Shown: positions 51,548-61,286 of the stretch, piece by piece
Layout of the letters: each line of letters starts with the position of its first letter
How positions within the stretch are numbered: position 1 is the stretch's first letter
Source: Macrostomum hystrix
Taxonomy: Eukaryota; Animalia; Platyhelminthes
NCBI GenBank assembly: GCA_950097015.1
Contig: CATNEN010000007.1
Coordinates: forward strand, 4,898,001 to 4,962,000
Reading direction: 5' to 3'
DNA: 64,000 bases
Translations under genes and position numbers: made by a program
The notes under the pieces: model-generated
The model's database searches: none
Told to the model about the DNA's origin: nothing
Seen by the model: the letters and a program-made list of their open reading frames with translations, nothing else

Positions 51548-51916
51548 GGGGGTCGGTGGCAGAGCGGTTAACGCGTTTGCCACTCGCACCACAGTCCCTA
51601 AGTACGATTCCACGGCGAGGCCACATTTATTTGGGGCGCAGCCGCGGAGAGAAGGCTTGGGGGCTTGTCGTGCAATTTACGCCCTTGAGGGCCAACCTCC
51701 AAGGCACAGTTCGAGTGTACACTGCCTGACGATGAGAAAGTCAGGGCAGATGTACACACCTGTGTGAGCGTATGCCTGCGTACGGTATCTGTGTGCGTGT
51801 GTGCTCAGGAGTCAGCGAAATGGGCAGAATTGCCTCCTCGCTGGCTGCGGGTCTAGTGTCACCAAATGATGTGCCATTGCCCGCAGCCCTCCTGCAATTA
51901 TTATTATTATTATTAT
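51548..51916 (+). mobile_element. tRNA-derived SINE with (ATT)n tail
   Basis: A-box-like TGGCAGAGCGG, B-box-like GTACGATTCC, (ATT)n tail, 14-bp TSD TAGTCTATGGTTCA (51534-51547, 51917-51930). Second copy at 31.7 kb. Confidence 0.88.
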
Positions 51917-51939
51917 TAGTCTATGGTTCAAATCGAGCT

Positions 51940-52977
51940 TCAGAAACGCGTGTAGCCTCCTCTCGCAAGTAACAGGGCGTTGACTCGACGTGGCATTCCC
52001 AGAACAAGGCGTCGAAAAAAGTCCTGGGGAATTTCCTGCCACGCGTTAGCAACAGCGTTTCGCAGTTCAGCGACTGTCTGCGGCGGATTCTGCCGTTGAA
52101 CACTCCGCTTGATAAAGTCCCAGACATGTTCAATTGGGTTCATATCAGGGGATCTTGAAGGCCACCGAAGAGTACGCAGGTGCAGCTGGTCCTTGAGTTC
52201 GCTGACAGCTGCTGCCCGGTGCGCCGGTGCATTATCGTCCTGCAGTATGCAGTTTGCGACGCCACCAAAGTGGTTGTTAACAAAAGGGAGCAGATGCGTC
52301 TGCAGCAAACGAGCGTACTCATCGCCGTTCACGTTTGCGTCTAAGAAAACCAGCTGGGTCCTGCCTCGCATTGAAATCCCTGCCCACACGTGTACGGAGG
52401 GTCCCTGCCCATCGCAGCTTTGCACGTGCTGCTGCAGAAGCTCTTGCCGTGGCTCTCGCCAGACGCGAATTCGGCCATCACTGCGAAAAAGACGAAACCG
52501 ACTCTCGTCTGTAAAGATAACGCGCTGCCACTGTCCTTGCCGCCAGTGCGCCCGCTGCATGGCCCACAGTTCCCTGTTAGCGACATGTGCAGGACTCAGG
52601 CGCGGCCTCCTCCGCATTTTTCTTGACCGCAATCCTGCAGCGTGAATCCTGCGGCGAATCGTCTGCGCGCTGAGAACGTTGCCTCTGCGGCTTCTCTCTG
52701 CCCACATCAATCGCAGGAGTGTGGCAGGCAGTGTGGGGTTTCCACGCACTATTCTCAGCAGGCGTCGATCTGCCCTCGCTGTTGTACTGCGAAGTTGGTG
52801 AAGCACCGTACCTTTTCTCGCGTGAGCCACGCTTCCAGTGGCTCTGCTCTTCTGTAGCAGACGTAAAACTGTTGAAGGCGACCTCCCGAAGTGGTTCGCA
52901 ACTGTTCGAAGAGTACAACCTGCTTCCAACATTCCGACTGCTCGCCATCTTTCCGCGTCTGTCATCTGTTGAACCAT
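51940..52977 (-). CDS. Tc1 transposase, 345 aa, intact
   Basis: Paired HTH N-terminus; FTDESRF, LQDDNAPAH, SPDMNPIE with 34 residues between D and E. Confidence 0.95.
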   Translation of the reverse strand: MVQQMTDAERWRAVGMLEAGCTLRTVANHFGRSPSTVLRLLQKSRATGSVAHARKGTVLHQLRSTTARADRRLLRIVRGNPTLPATLLRLMWAERSRRGNVLSAQTIRRRIHAAGLRSRKMRRRPRLSPAHVANRELWAMQRAHWRQGQWQRVIFTDESRFRLFRSDGRIRVWREPRQELLQQHVQSCDGQGPSVHVWAGISMRGRTQLVFLDANVNGDEYARLLQTHLLPFVNNHFGGVANCILQDDNAPAHRAAAVSELKDQLHLRTLRWPSRSPDMNPIEHVWDFIKRSVQRQNPPQTVAELRNAVANAWQEIPQDFFRRLVLGMPRRVNALLLARGGYTRF

Positions 52978-53317
52978 TCTCTCAGCTGGATCACTCTATC
53001 TGAAAACAGTCCATAGTCATCGCCCTGTTACTTGCGAGAGGAAGCTACACGCGTTTCTGAAGCTCGATTTGAACCATAGACTATGCGCTTTGACTCTTCT
53101 GAGTGAGTTGATTTTTCTTCTAGTTAGAGTGTTGCGTTTTAAATGTTGCTGAGTGTACATGTATCCCCCTTTTGCCCCGGGCGAGTGTCTATGTGACGCA
53201 TGTTTTCATGTATCCCCCACTTGCCCGCCAACATTGTCTATGTCGTAACGCGTTTCATTTATTTGCCCTAGGGCAATAAATCATTTATTTCCCGCGCCCC
53301 CGCGCGAAACAGAACTT

Positions 53318-53881
53318 TTACCACAGACATAAGTCACACCCGTCTGGGGAAATAAACAAAGAAAGTGCAAAACGAGAACGCTCGGAACCAAACACACCCT
53401 CCGTCCAGCAGTCATCTTCGATGGGCTTTGACACCGGGTCAGACTTCTTGAGCCCGACGCCCTTGCCCTCAGCAGTTGATAGCTTCATAGCAGCGTCCAA
53501 CGCTCTTCTGCACTCGGCAAACTCGACATTCGTCCAGAGGCACCAGTCCTTGCGATGCACGTTGCGCATTTGGTATTGTAGCATTGAGAAGAAGTCCTTC
53601 AGGGTACCAGCCGAGTACCGTTCGTTCCGTTTTGTCCGGACCTCCAGGATAAACAACTTCAGGAGAAAGTTCAGGTCCGTCTTGTCAAACTCATCCATGT
53701 CCTTGATAACCATGATGGATGGTCCACCATTCGTCGCCCATTCTTGCTTCTTAAACGCGTGCCATTCATTGAAAGTAGACAGCATCCACTCGCATTTCTT
53801 TACGGTGTTCGGAGGGACCGTGCCGCCAATCATGGCCTCCGCCTCGGCCTCAGTCAAGCTTTCAAATCGAGGGCTAGACAT
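53318..53881 (-). pseudogene. Crypton-like YR gene, unit B, N-terminal half
   Basis: MSSPRFESLTEAE...LLKLFILEVR...MKLSTAEGKGVGLKKSDPV; homology to unit A stops after EGVFGSE. Confidence 0.85.
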
Positions 53882-54040
53882 ATACAAGCGTCTGCTATTC
53901 TGTCCTGTTCTGTCTTTTTCGCATAAAGGCTGTCTTTTTTAGCGTCTACCCTCCTCTCGGATTTTGATTTTCACCATAGACTACAGACAGAGCGTAGCAA
54001 GAAACAGAAGATTTAAAGTGCAATGAAAGTCGGCAGCCAA

Positions 54041-54210
54041 GTGGGGGATACATACCATCTCTCCCACTTATTTCGGCTGTCTAGGGTGCAAAGGCACTCG
54101 GCGCGAATTTCATTGACCTCGGCTTCGCCTCGGTCAATAAATTTGCGCCTCGAGCCTTTACACCCTGGCAGCCGAAATAAGTGGGAAAGATTATACATTT
54201 ATTTCCCTAG
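54041..54210. repeat. Long imperfect palindrome with central GGC-TTC-GCC hairpin
   Basis: CCCACTTATTTCGGCTG...ATTGACC pairs with GGTCAAT...CAGCCGAAATAAGTGGG around CTCGGCTTCGCCTCG. Confidence 0.85.
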
Positions 54211-54220
54211 GTGAATAAAT

Positions 54221-54354
54221 CATTGACATATAACCAAGTGTGCGTAAACGTCTCAAGCTCGTGTATAGTTTATGGCCCAAAGGCCATCAAAGAAATAGAT
54301 TGAAGTGTGCAGTAAATTCCGCAACTGTGCGGTAAATGACATGACTATGCGGTA
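54221..54354 (+). repeat. 134-bp direct repeat of 45297-45430
   Basis: Identical by eye from CATTGACATA to ATGCGGTA. Confidence 0.9.
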
Positions 54355-54355
54355 G

Positions 54356-55330
54356 TATACCTTTTCCACTCCAAGTCTGTCACAAGTAACTTCAAATCTG
54401 CCGTAGATAGCAGAAAGGCATACATTCAGCTCGCAAGCCGAGCGCCAACTTAAGAGTCTATGGTTAAAGCTCAGATCAATTCTGTCATAAGTAACTTCAA
54501 ATCTGTCCACTGAACAGATAGGGAATTGGAACCAAAGCAGTAAAGACTAGAAAACTTCTTTATAGACAGACCCAGATTTTAACAGTGAAACTTATTCGTC
54601 TATGGCAATCTTACATATAAATTCTGTCACAAGTAAGTTCAAATCTGTCAGAGATATATATGTTGACAGCAATGCGAGTTCAGAACAATTTTTTCTTGCC
54701 ATACCTACCATGCCCTATGCAAGAATATGCTTAATAGACAGGCAGCGCCTGGTTAACAGCTACAACACTGGACGGGACTGGAGGAGACTGGCCATTGACC
54801 TCGGAATCAAAAAGACCACCGCAAACTTGATCCTAAAGCGCTATCTAGAGGAAAACCGGACAGAATACAGAACAAGAGGAGGGGCTAGACACATGAAAGT
54901 AAGTGAACAGATGCTTCAAGCACTTCACCGGTATGTTGCTGAGAAGCCGACCATCACATTGAGTGAAATGCGAGAGAGGCTGACTGTTGAATTTCACGAC
55001 GCACCCGCTGTTTCTACTCAATGCCTGAGCAAGAAGCTAGACGGTACTCTGATAACCTTAAAGGACGTCAGGCATGTGCACGCGGGCTGGAATGCGCCAG
55101 GCACCATGGATGCGCGAGCGATGTACTAATTTAAGAGAACTGTTCAAAATAAACCTTTGTTTCGTTATCTGTTCAGTGGACAGATTTGAAGTTACTTATG
55201 GCAGAATTGATCTGAGCTTTAACCATAGACTCTTAAGTTGGTGCTCGGCTTGCGAGCTGAATGTATGCCTTTCTGCTATCTACGGCAGATTTGAAGTTAC
55301 TTTTGACAGACTTGGAGTGGAAAAGGTATA
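54356..55330 (+). mobile_element. IS630/Tc1-like non-autonomous element with 165-bp TIRs and transposase N-terminus only
   Basis: Inverted repeats 54356-54520 and 55166-55330 including TA ends. ORF from ATG 54710 with HTH and RGG motifs (YVAEKPTITLSEMRERL); no DDE domain. Confidence 0.85.
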
Positions 55331-55612
55331 GTAGACCTGCAGCTACTATGCAGTAAATCCCAGACGGGTATTGTCTATGGGCCGAAGGAGCTGGTCTTGC
55401 GCACACACACTTGGTCATAAATCAATGCACTTATGCTAGGCTTCCTAGTGCGTAAATCTACCATTTATTTCCCGCTGCCCCGCGGGCTGATAAATTCGAG
55501 ACAACAACCATAGACTAACAAAAACTAGCAAAAAAGTGTAGCACACAAAAGCTTAATTACAACTGTAGGACACAAAATGTGTGATATAAAGTTCGTTTCG
55601 GACTTATAATGA

Positions 55613-56482
55613 CTAACAGAATGTGATTTTCACAACGTTTTTTTCACCGTCTGCCTCGATGAGCATGCGCTTACTAGCAGGTGGTTCGATAGAAACCTCG
55701 GTATTGACGTCGGACACGGTAACACGAGACTGTTGTATGATACTTGCAGCAGAAGCCTCGGTGGCGTCTCCACTCAAAATAGCACTTTGGATCTTCTGTC
55801 GCGTTGTTGATGGCGCTATGTATTTCTCCAGAGCCTTGGTAGTAGCGTGACCAGTGATCCGAGCAATGTCTCCGCGTTCGACACCAGCCTCATGGAGTTG
55901 AGTAGCACATGCTTTTCGCAGGCTCTGATTCGAGAAACGAGCAGTGCTGTTTGGCCGAACTTCAGACACTGCGGCCTTCACAATTGTCGAGATAGTGTTC
56001 TTCCCAATAGGCTGAACACTATACCAGGCTTTTCCGTTCGATTCCGTCCAGTGCTTATTGGCGGCAAGAAACAAAGCTTTTGAACAATTCTCGGGGCGCA
56101 ACGAAACGTACTTGATGTATAGGCACACAACGCATTGCTCCGGATCTGCAGCATGGAAAGCTTTGACTACTTTCGGTTGTTTCTGAATTCCTTTCAGGCC
56201 ACCTTGATTCGTCTTGGTCCGCCGACACTCCTCGTAAACAAGGCACTCTTCAATCCGACTGCCATCCAAATTGATCTCGCACTGGAATTCCAAATCACGT
56301 AGCTCACTACCACCCCGCAGACCGAAGTGCTTGCCAATTAGCCTAATTACGGTGCGAACTAGTTGCTCAGGATTGTGGGAGCCTAGCACACCAGCATTCC
56401 AGCAATCATTTTCGATAGATTTCGTCACAGGCTCTGACTTTTTTAGCCCGACTCCTTTTCCTTCCGCAGTTGATAGCTTCAT
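55613..56482 (-). pseudogene. Crypton-like YR gene, unit C, complete catalytic C-terminal two-thirds
   Basis: FGLRGGSELRDL, RRTKTNQGG, FSNQSLRK, ITGHATTKALEKY. The 5' end stops abruptly at the CTCGGCTTCGCCTCGG hairpin. Confidence 0.88.
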
Positions 56483-56803
56483 AGCTCGGCTTCGCCTCGG
56501 TCAATAAACGAGACACCTCTTGCTTTTGCCCGCTAGACAACAAAATAAATGGGGAATATTATACATGTATCCCCCAGTTGCACTGGTGCAGTAGTCTATG
56601 TTCTAATGGTTTATTTCGTTTATCTGCACCGGTGCAGATAAATGATTTATTTGCACCGGCACAGAGTGCAAATAAACAAGAACTTTATATTTTAAAATGA
56701 AATCGATTCAACATGAAATTTTAACCATTTAACAGTTGCACTTGTGCAATAGTCTATGTTCCAGTGATATACGCAGACGCAGATATGACGCAGATAACAG
56801 TGA

Positions 56804-57133
56804 TTAGTCCTTGTTTACGAATGTGATTGTCACCGTATTAGTGTCACCATAAGCCTCAATCCGCATTAGTTTGTGCGGTATTCCTTGAACCACAGTTGTT
56901 TCACAGAAGTCCGTCCCGGTTGTAGCAGTACTGCCATCGGGTGTAGTCACAGTTGACATGGTCCTTGTACTGATCTCACGAGTTTGACTGCCGACTTGAC
57001 CGCATAGAATTGCGCTTATGGTTTTCTGCTTCGTGATAGATGGCGAGATATAGCGCTCAAGGGCTTTAGAACTGGAATGGCCTTTGGCGATGTCACTACG
57101 CTCAATTCCAGCCTCATGCAACTCCGTGGCGCT
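56804..57133 (-). pseudogene. Crypton-like YR gene, unit D, C-terminal fragment
   Basis: ATELHEAGIERSDIAK-GHSSSKALERYISPS...NTVTITF, homologous to the ends of units A and C. Confidence 0.82.
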
Positions 57134-57412
57134 GGTCAGTGCTAACAGAAAATAACTGTTAATATTTACTTTAACTCGGCTTCGCCTCGGTCAATAAACG
57201 ACGCACTCAAGCATTTATTGCCCTAGCCCTGGTATAAATGGGGAATATTATTAACTGGGGGATGTATCCCTCAGTTGAATAGCATAAAGTACAAAGCTAA
57301 AAGCAAAAATGGCCATAGACACTAGCATTAAGGTACTGTACCGCTAAATGAAAGACGCGCTCGTAAAAAGAAGAGAGGCAGCGCGAGTGCTTGGCTTAGC
57401 TAGCTATTTAAA

Positions 57413-57550
57413 ATGGCTACCGAAAGCTTTGTCAATCTGACTGACGAAGAAGTCAGTTCACTCATCGAAGGAACGGTTCCAACAAACACGCTAAAGAAAT
57501 GTCGCTGGATGTTTTCTACTTTCCAAGAGTGGCATGTGGCGAAGAAAGTA
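57413..57550 (+). pseudogene. Crypton-like YR N-terminal fragment (unit E; probably the inverted 5' end of unit D)
   Basis: Manual translation MATESFVNLTDEEVSSLIEGTVPTNTLKKCRWMFSTFQEWHVAKK aligns with the N-terminus of unit B. Confidence 0.8.
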
Positions 57551-57702
57551 CTCTGGTTTTCGGATAACAAACTTTTTTGAAATATAATTTGACATAAAAA
57601 CGGATAACAAACTGTTCTGAAATATGACATACACTTTAAGCAGAGTTTGTGCTTAAATACTTGTAAAGCTAGCAGCTTAAAACATGTCATTGCTGAGGTA
57701 CA

Positions 57703-58761
57703 TCACAGCTGGTGGTTCTCGTGCCGACGACGGAAAATTATCTCGGCGATTTCCAACCGACGCTGCCTGCCAGCAGCTTGCTGTTGAGCGTCGCCTGCGT
57801 CAATCGTGACGGGTGGTAGTTCGGTCACCTCTTCCATCTCCCCTTCAATTACTTCGTCGTCGACTGCTGTGTCATTTAACTCTTTCGCCACATTGTGCAG
57901 AACGCAGCATGCGATGATGTAGGTTGGAACCCGCTCCAACTTCACGCGTATCATATAATTGAGTATTGGGAAGCGTCGCTTCAACTGACCATATGCATTT
58001 TCAATGACAACTCGAGCTTTCGAGCGCTTGCGATTGAACAAAATCTCCTCCGGCTGATTGTGCTCCTTGAAAGGCTTCATCAGGAAGGGCGAAATGCCAT
58101 ATCCCTCGTCTCCAAGCAGCACAGTGCCCAATTGGTTTGACAGATCAGTGTAGATTTCAGAATTATTGAAAATTCTGTTGTAATGTACAGAGCCTGGCCA
58201 CGATGCATCCACGCTTGTAAGCTTGAAATTTCCGTCACATGTGGCTTGAACATTGATTGAGGCGAACCCCTTGCGATTCACGTACTCGTTTCCCACAGCA
58301 CCAGCGGGCTCCTCTATTCGAACATGAGTGCAATCGATTGCACCAATCGCCGATGGGTATTGGAACTTGATGTACCAGTCCTGCTTGGCTTCCTGAAACA
58401 TCTGGTCGCACTGAGTTGGCCATTTGATCCAATCTTGTGACCGTGAACAGATGCCTTGTACAACCTGCCAGGCAGTCTTCGACACAGTTGTTTGATGAAT
58501 GCCAAACTCCCTCGCAATTCCTGTTTGAAATCCGGGATTTGAAATGTACCTTAGAGCGACCTCCATTCGCACTGAAGGTGACAAGGCACCGCCCCGGAAT
58601 TCCTGACTGTCGTCAAGGAAGTGCGACGCCAGGAACTGCACACTGTCGCGGGTGAACCTGAAATGTCGCTGATACTCGCAGTCTCGGAGTACATCAGATG
58701 AAAGCCTCTCTAAGTACATCTTGCGTCTTGCAGGAGCGATCTCGGGCATGAATTCAGCCAT
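57703..58761 (-). CDS. PIF/Harbinger (HARBI1-like) transposase, 352 aa, probably inactive
   Basis: GAIDCTH, YVNRKG, WPGSVHY (conserved D replaced by Y), LLGDEGY, VIENAYGQLKRRF. One terminus ...TTCATACGGCC at 59027 and a 16-bp inverted repeat at 58923-58960. Confidence 0.9.
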   Translation of the reverse strand: MAEFMPEIAPARRKMYLERLSSDVLRDCEYQRHFRFTRDSVQFLASHFLDDSQEFRGGALSPSVRMEVALRYISNPGFQTGIAREFGIHQTTVSKTAWQVVQGICSRSQDWIKWPTQCDQMFQEAKQDWYIKFQYPSAIGAIDCTHVRIEEPAGAVGNEYVNRKGFASINVQATCDGNFKLTSVDASWPGSVHYNRIFNNSEIYTDLSNQLGTVLLGDEGYGISPFLMKPFKEHNQPEEILFNRKRSKARVVIENAYGQLKRRFPILNYMIRVKLERVPTYIIACCVLHNVAKELNDTAVDDEVIEGEMEEVTELPPVTIDAGDAQQQAAGRQRRLEIAEIIFRRRHENHQL

Positions 58762-59367
58762 CGTGCATCAGTTGCATACGGTTGAGGAAGCTACGTAGCT
58801 GCCTCAACACTTTCCGAGTAAATGCTCAACTGTTTCGTCTATGGCCTGGATTTTATTCTTACTGGCTGGAGCAATTGCTTAGCTACACAGAATTTACTCC
58901 GAGATTTGATATTCGACTCAGGAGCAAATGCTCATGAGCAAATTCTCATGAGCATTTGCTTCGTTTTTTCATGCTGACCTGAGTATTTACTCCAGTTCGA
59001 GAATTTCCTCACTTAATTCATACGGCCTCATAGTTCAAAGTGTCTGAATTGAATTTCCGCTAGTTCTTTTAGAACTGGAATTTGATCAAAATTGAACGTG
59101 AAAAGGTGTACTACACGACTACTGCCTGCTTAGCAAAGTAACATGACTCAGTCAATCCGCGCACTCGAGGACGTAGGAAAACCACAGAGCTCGTTTCCGT
59201 TTAGGATAGAATGTAAAATTTCCATTAAGGAAAGAATGTTGTATTATTATTTCTAATTACAAATCACAAAAAAAATTAATATAATAATAATAATAATATT
59301 CTTATATTATTAGTATATAATAATTTTATTAATATAATATTAGTATTATTATTATTATTATATTATT

Positions 59368-60801
59368 TGTATTTTAGCGACTCGCAAAATGAAATGGCGC
59401 GAGAGAAAGTCAACTTTTATTTTTTACAATCGCATATAAATACTGCGCGACAGAGAGGCATGGGGAGGTGCGCATAGTCCGTGCCAGACCCTGCGGCTTA
59501 GCGCGCCGGCCGTCTGGGTGCACCCACCCCCCGGGCAGGGTGAGTCAGGCCGATTGAGTGCAGGTGCACTGCCCGCGCCAGCAGCGTGCTGGTCTGGCCG
59601 CCACACAGCTCCCCCCAGCACCGAGCTATGTATCGAGAGTTGTCGGGCGACACCGGCGAGGCGGCTGGCGGCGGCTGGGGAGGGCAGCGGCGGGCTGGGC
59701 TGCTGTCGAAGGGCCGCCAGCTGAGGCCGCGGGACCGGCGGCAGGCGGCTCTCGAGGCGGACGGCCTCTCGGTCGCAGCGCCGGCGTTGGGATTGGGCCG
59801 TCGGCGTCGATGACGGCCGGCTTCAGCCTGTCGACGGTCACGTGGTCACGGCGAGTGCCCAGATCCAGCAGGAAGGCCTTGGCGTCCCGCTCGAGCACTT
59901 TGAACGGGCCGTCGTAGGGCCGCTGCAGCGGAGGTCGGTGGCCGTCGCGCCGGACAAACACGAACGGGCAGGTGTCGAGAGCGGCGGGCCAGGCGGTGGG
60001 GCGGCTGCCATGCTGAGACGTCGGCGTCGGCCGGAACGCCTGTACGGCACCGTGGAGCCGGGCGAGGAACTGGTCGTTGTCGCCGGCGGCCGGGCTGGGC
60101 TGCAGGCACTCGCCGGGCACGCAGAGCGGCGCTCCGTAGACCAGCTCGGCCGATGATGCCGGCAGGTCCTCCTTGGGGGCCGTCCGGATGCCGAGCAGCA
60201 CCCAGGGCAGCTCGCTGACCCAGGCCGATCCCGCCAGGCGCGCCATGAGGGAGGCCTTCAGCTGCCGGTGGAACCGCTCGACCAGCCCGTTCGCCTGCGG
60301 ATGGAAGGCCGTTGTCCGGTGCAGCTGCATGCCGAGGAGCCGGGAGACGTTGGACCACAGCTGCGACGTGAACTGGGGGCCGCGGTCCAAGGTGATGTCG
60401 CTTGGCACGCCGAACCTGGCGATCCAGTGGGCGATGAAGGCGGAGTCGCAGGATGCAGCGGAGGTGTCGGCCATCGGGATCGCCTCCGGCCACCTGGTGA
60501 AGCGGTCCACGATCGTCAGCAGGTGCGTGAAACCCTGCGAAGTCGGCAGCGGCCCCACCAGGTCGACGTGCACGTGGGCGAAGCGCTGGTCCGGGACGCG
60601 GATGCCGACCACCGGGGCGCCGACGTGCCGCTGAACCTTGGCCGTCTGGCAGGCGACGCAGGACCGGGCCCACTGGCTGATGTCCTTGTTCATGCTGGCC
60701 CACACGAACTTGGCGGCCACGAGGCGCCGCGTGCTGCGAACTGACGGGTGGGCGAGGCCGTGGATGGCGTCGAAAACGGCGCGGCGGAAGTCCGGCGGCA
60801 C
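59368..60801 (-). mobile_element. 5'-truncated GC-rich Gypsy: integrase ORF (59626-60801), PPT and putative 3' LTR (~59368-59607)
   Basis: H..H..C..C Zn finger, HVDLVGPLP, TIVDRFTRWPEA, HPQANGLVERFH, GPY/F motif. GGGGGGAG before TG; TATA- and AATAAA-like signals in the LTR. Confidence 0.82.
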
Positions 60802-61101
60802 CAGCGGGTGGAGCCCACCTAGGTGGAGCCCACCTAGCCACCCAACTGCTCACCTAGCCACCCAACTCGCTAATTCGCTAACTACGCGCTAGCGAGTTTT
60901 CAAGTCTTTTCAAGCTAGTCGTCATTTTCTGTCTTTTCCACAATTTCTGTCTTTGCCGCCCTGCCTATATATACACTCCCTAATTCTCGCTCATCGAGAG
61001 TTTATAGCAATGACCACGACACGACGCTGACGCTAACGACGACCTACGCGCATTGAAAAGGGGAAGGTCTGAGAGTCCAGGGGGGCTGTTTCGGTACGAC
61101 G

Positions 61102-61255
61102 CTAACGACGACGTCGCTTCTTTGCAGGTGATTTCTTTTTTGGCGGAGCCTTCTTTCGTGGAGCCCTGATCTTCTTCTCCAGCTTTTTCCCTAAAGAACA
61201 TGGTGTGCTGAATGATATTTCCACTTTCCGCCTCTTCGGAGGCTGCTCGTCGTTG

Positions 61256-61286
<31 letters not shown>

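Larger units (their letters stand above)
51462..53155 (-). mobile_element. Tc1 (DD34E) transposon with 135-bp TIRs; left TIR interrupted by a SINE
   Basis: TA flanks at 51460-51461 and 53156-53157. Right TIR 53021-53155; left TIR = 51462-51547 + 51931-51979. Confidence 0.93.
48507..59110 (-). mobile_element. IS630/Tc1-like deleted element whose right TIR is split by ~9.3 kb of nested insertions
   Basis: Left TIR 48507-~48680 (TA|CACCTTTTCAC...). Inner right TIR ~49700-49769 and outer right TIR ~59030-59110 (...GTGAAAAGGTG|TA). Transposase remnants 49070-49430 (HTH start fused to LPPYSPFLTPVE). Confidence 0.78.

Noticed and set aside
53318-56482. Units B and C as two halves of one split YR gene
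   Set aside because: Both encode the MKLSTAEGKGVGLKKS region with different sequences, so they are separate copies.
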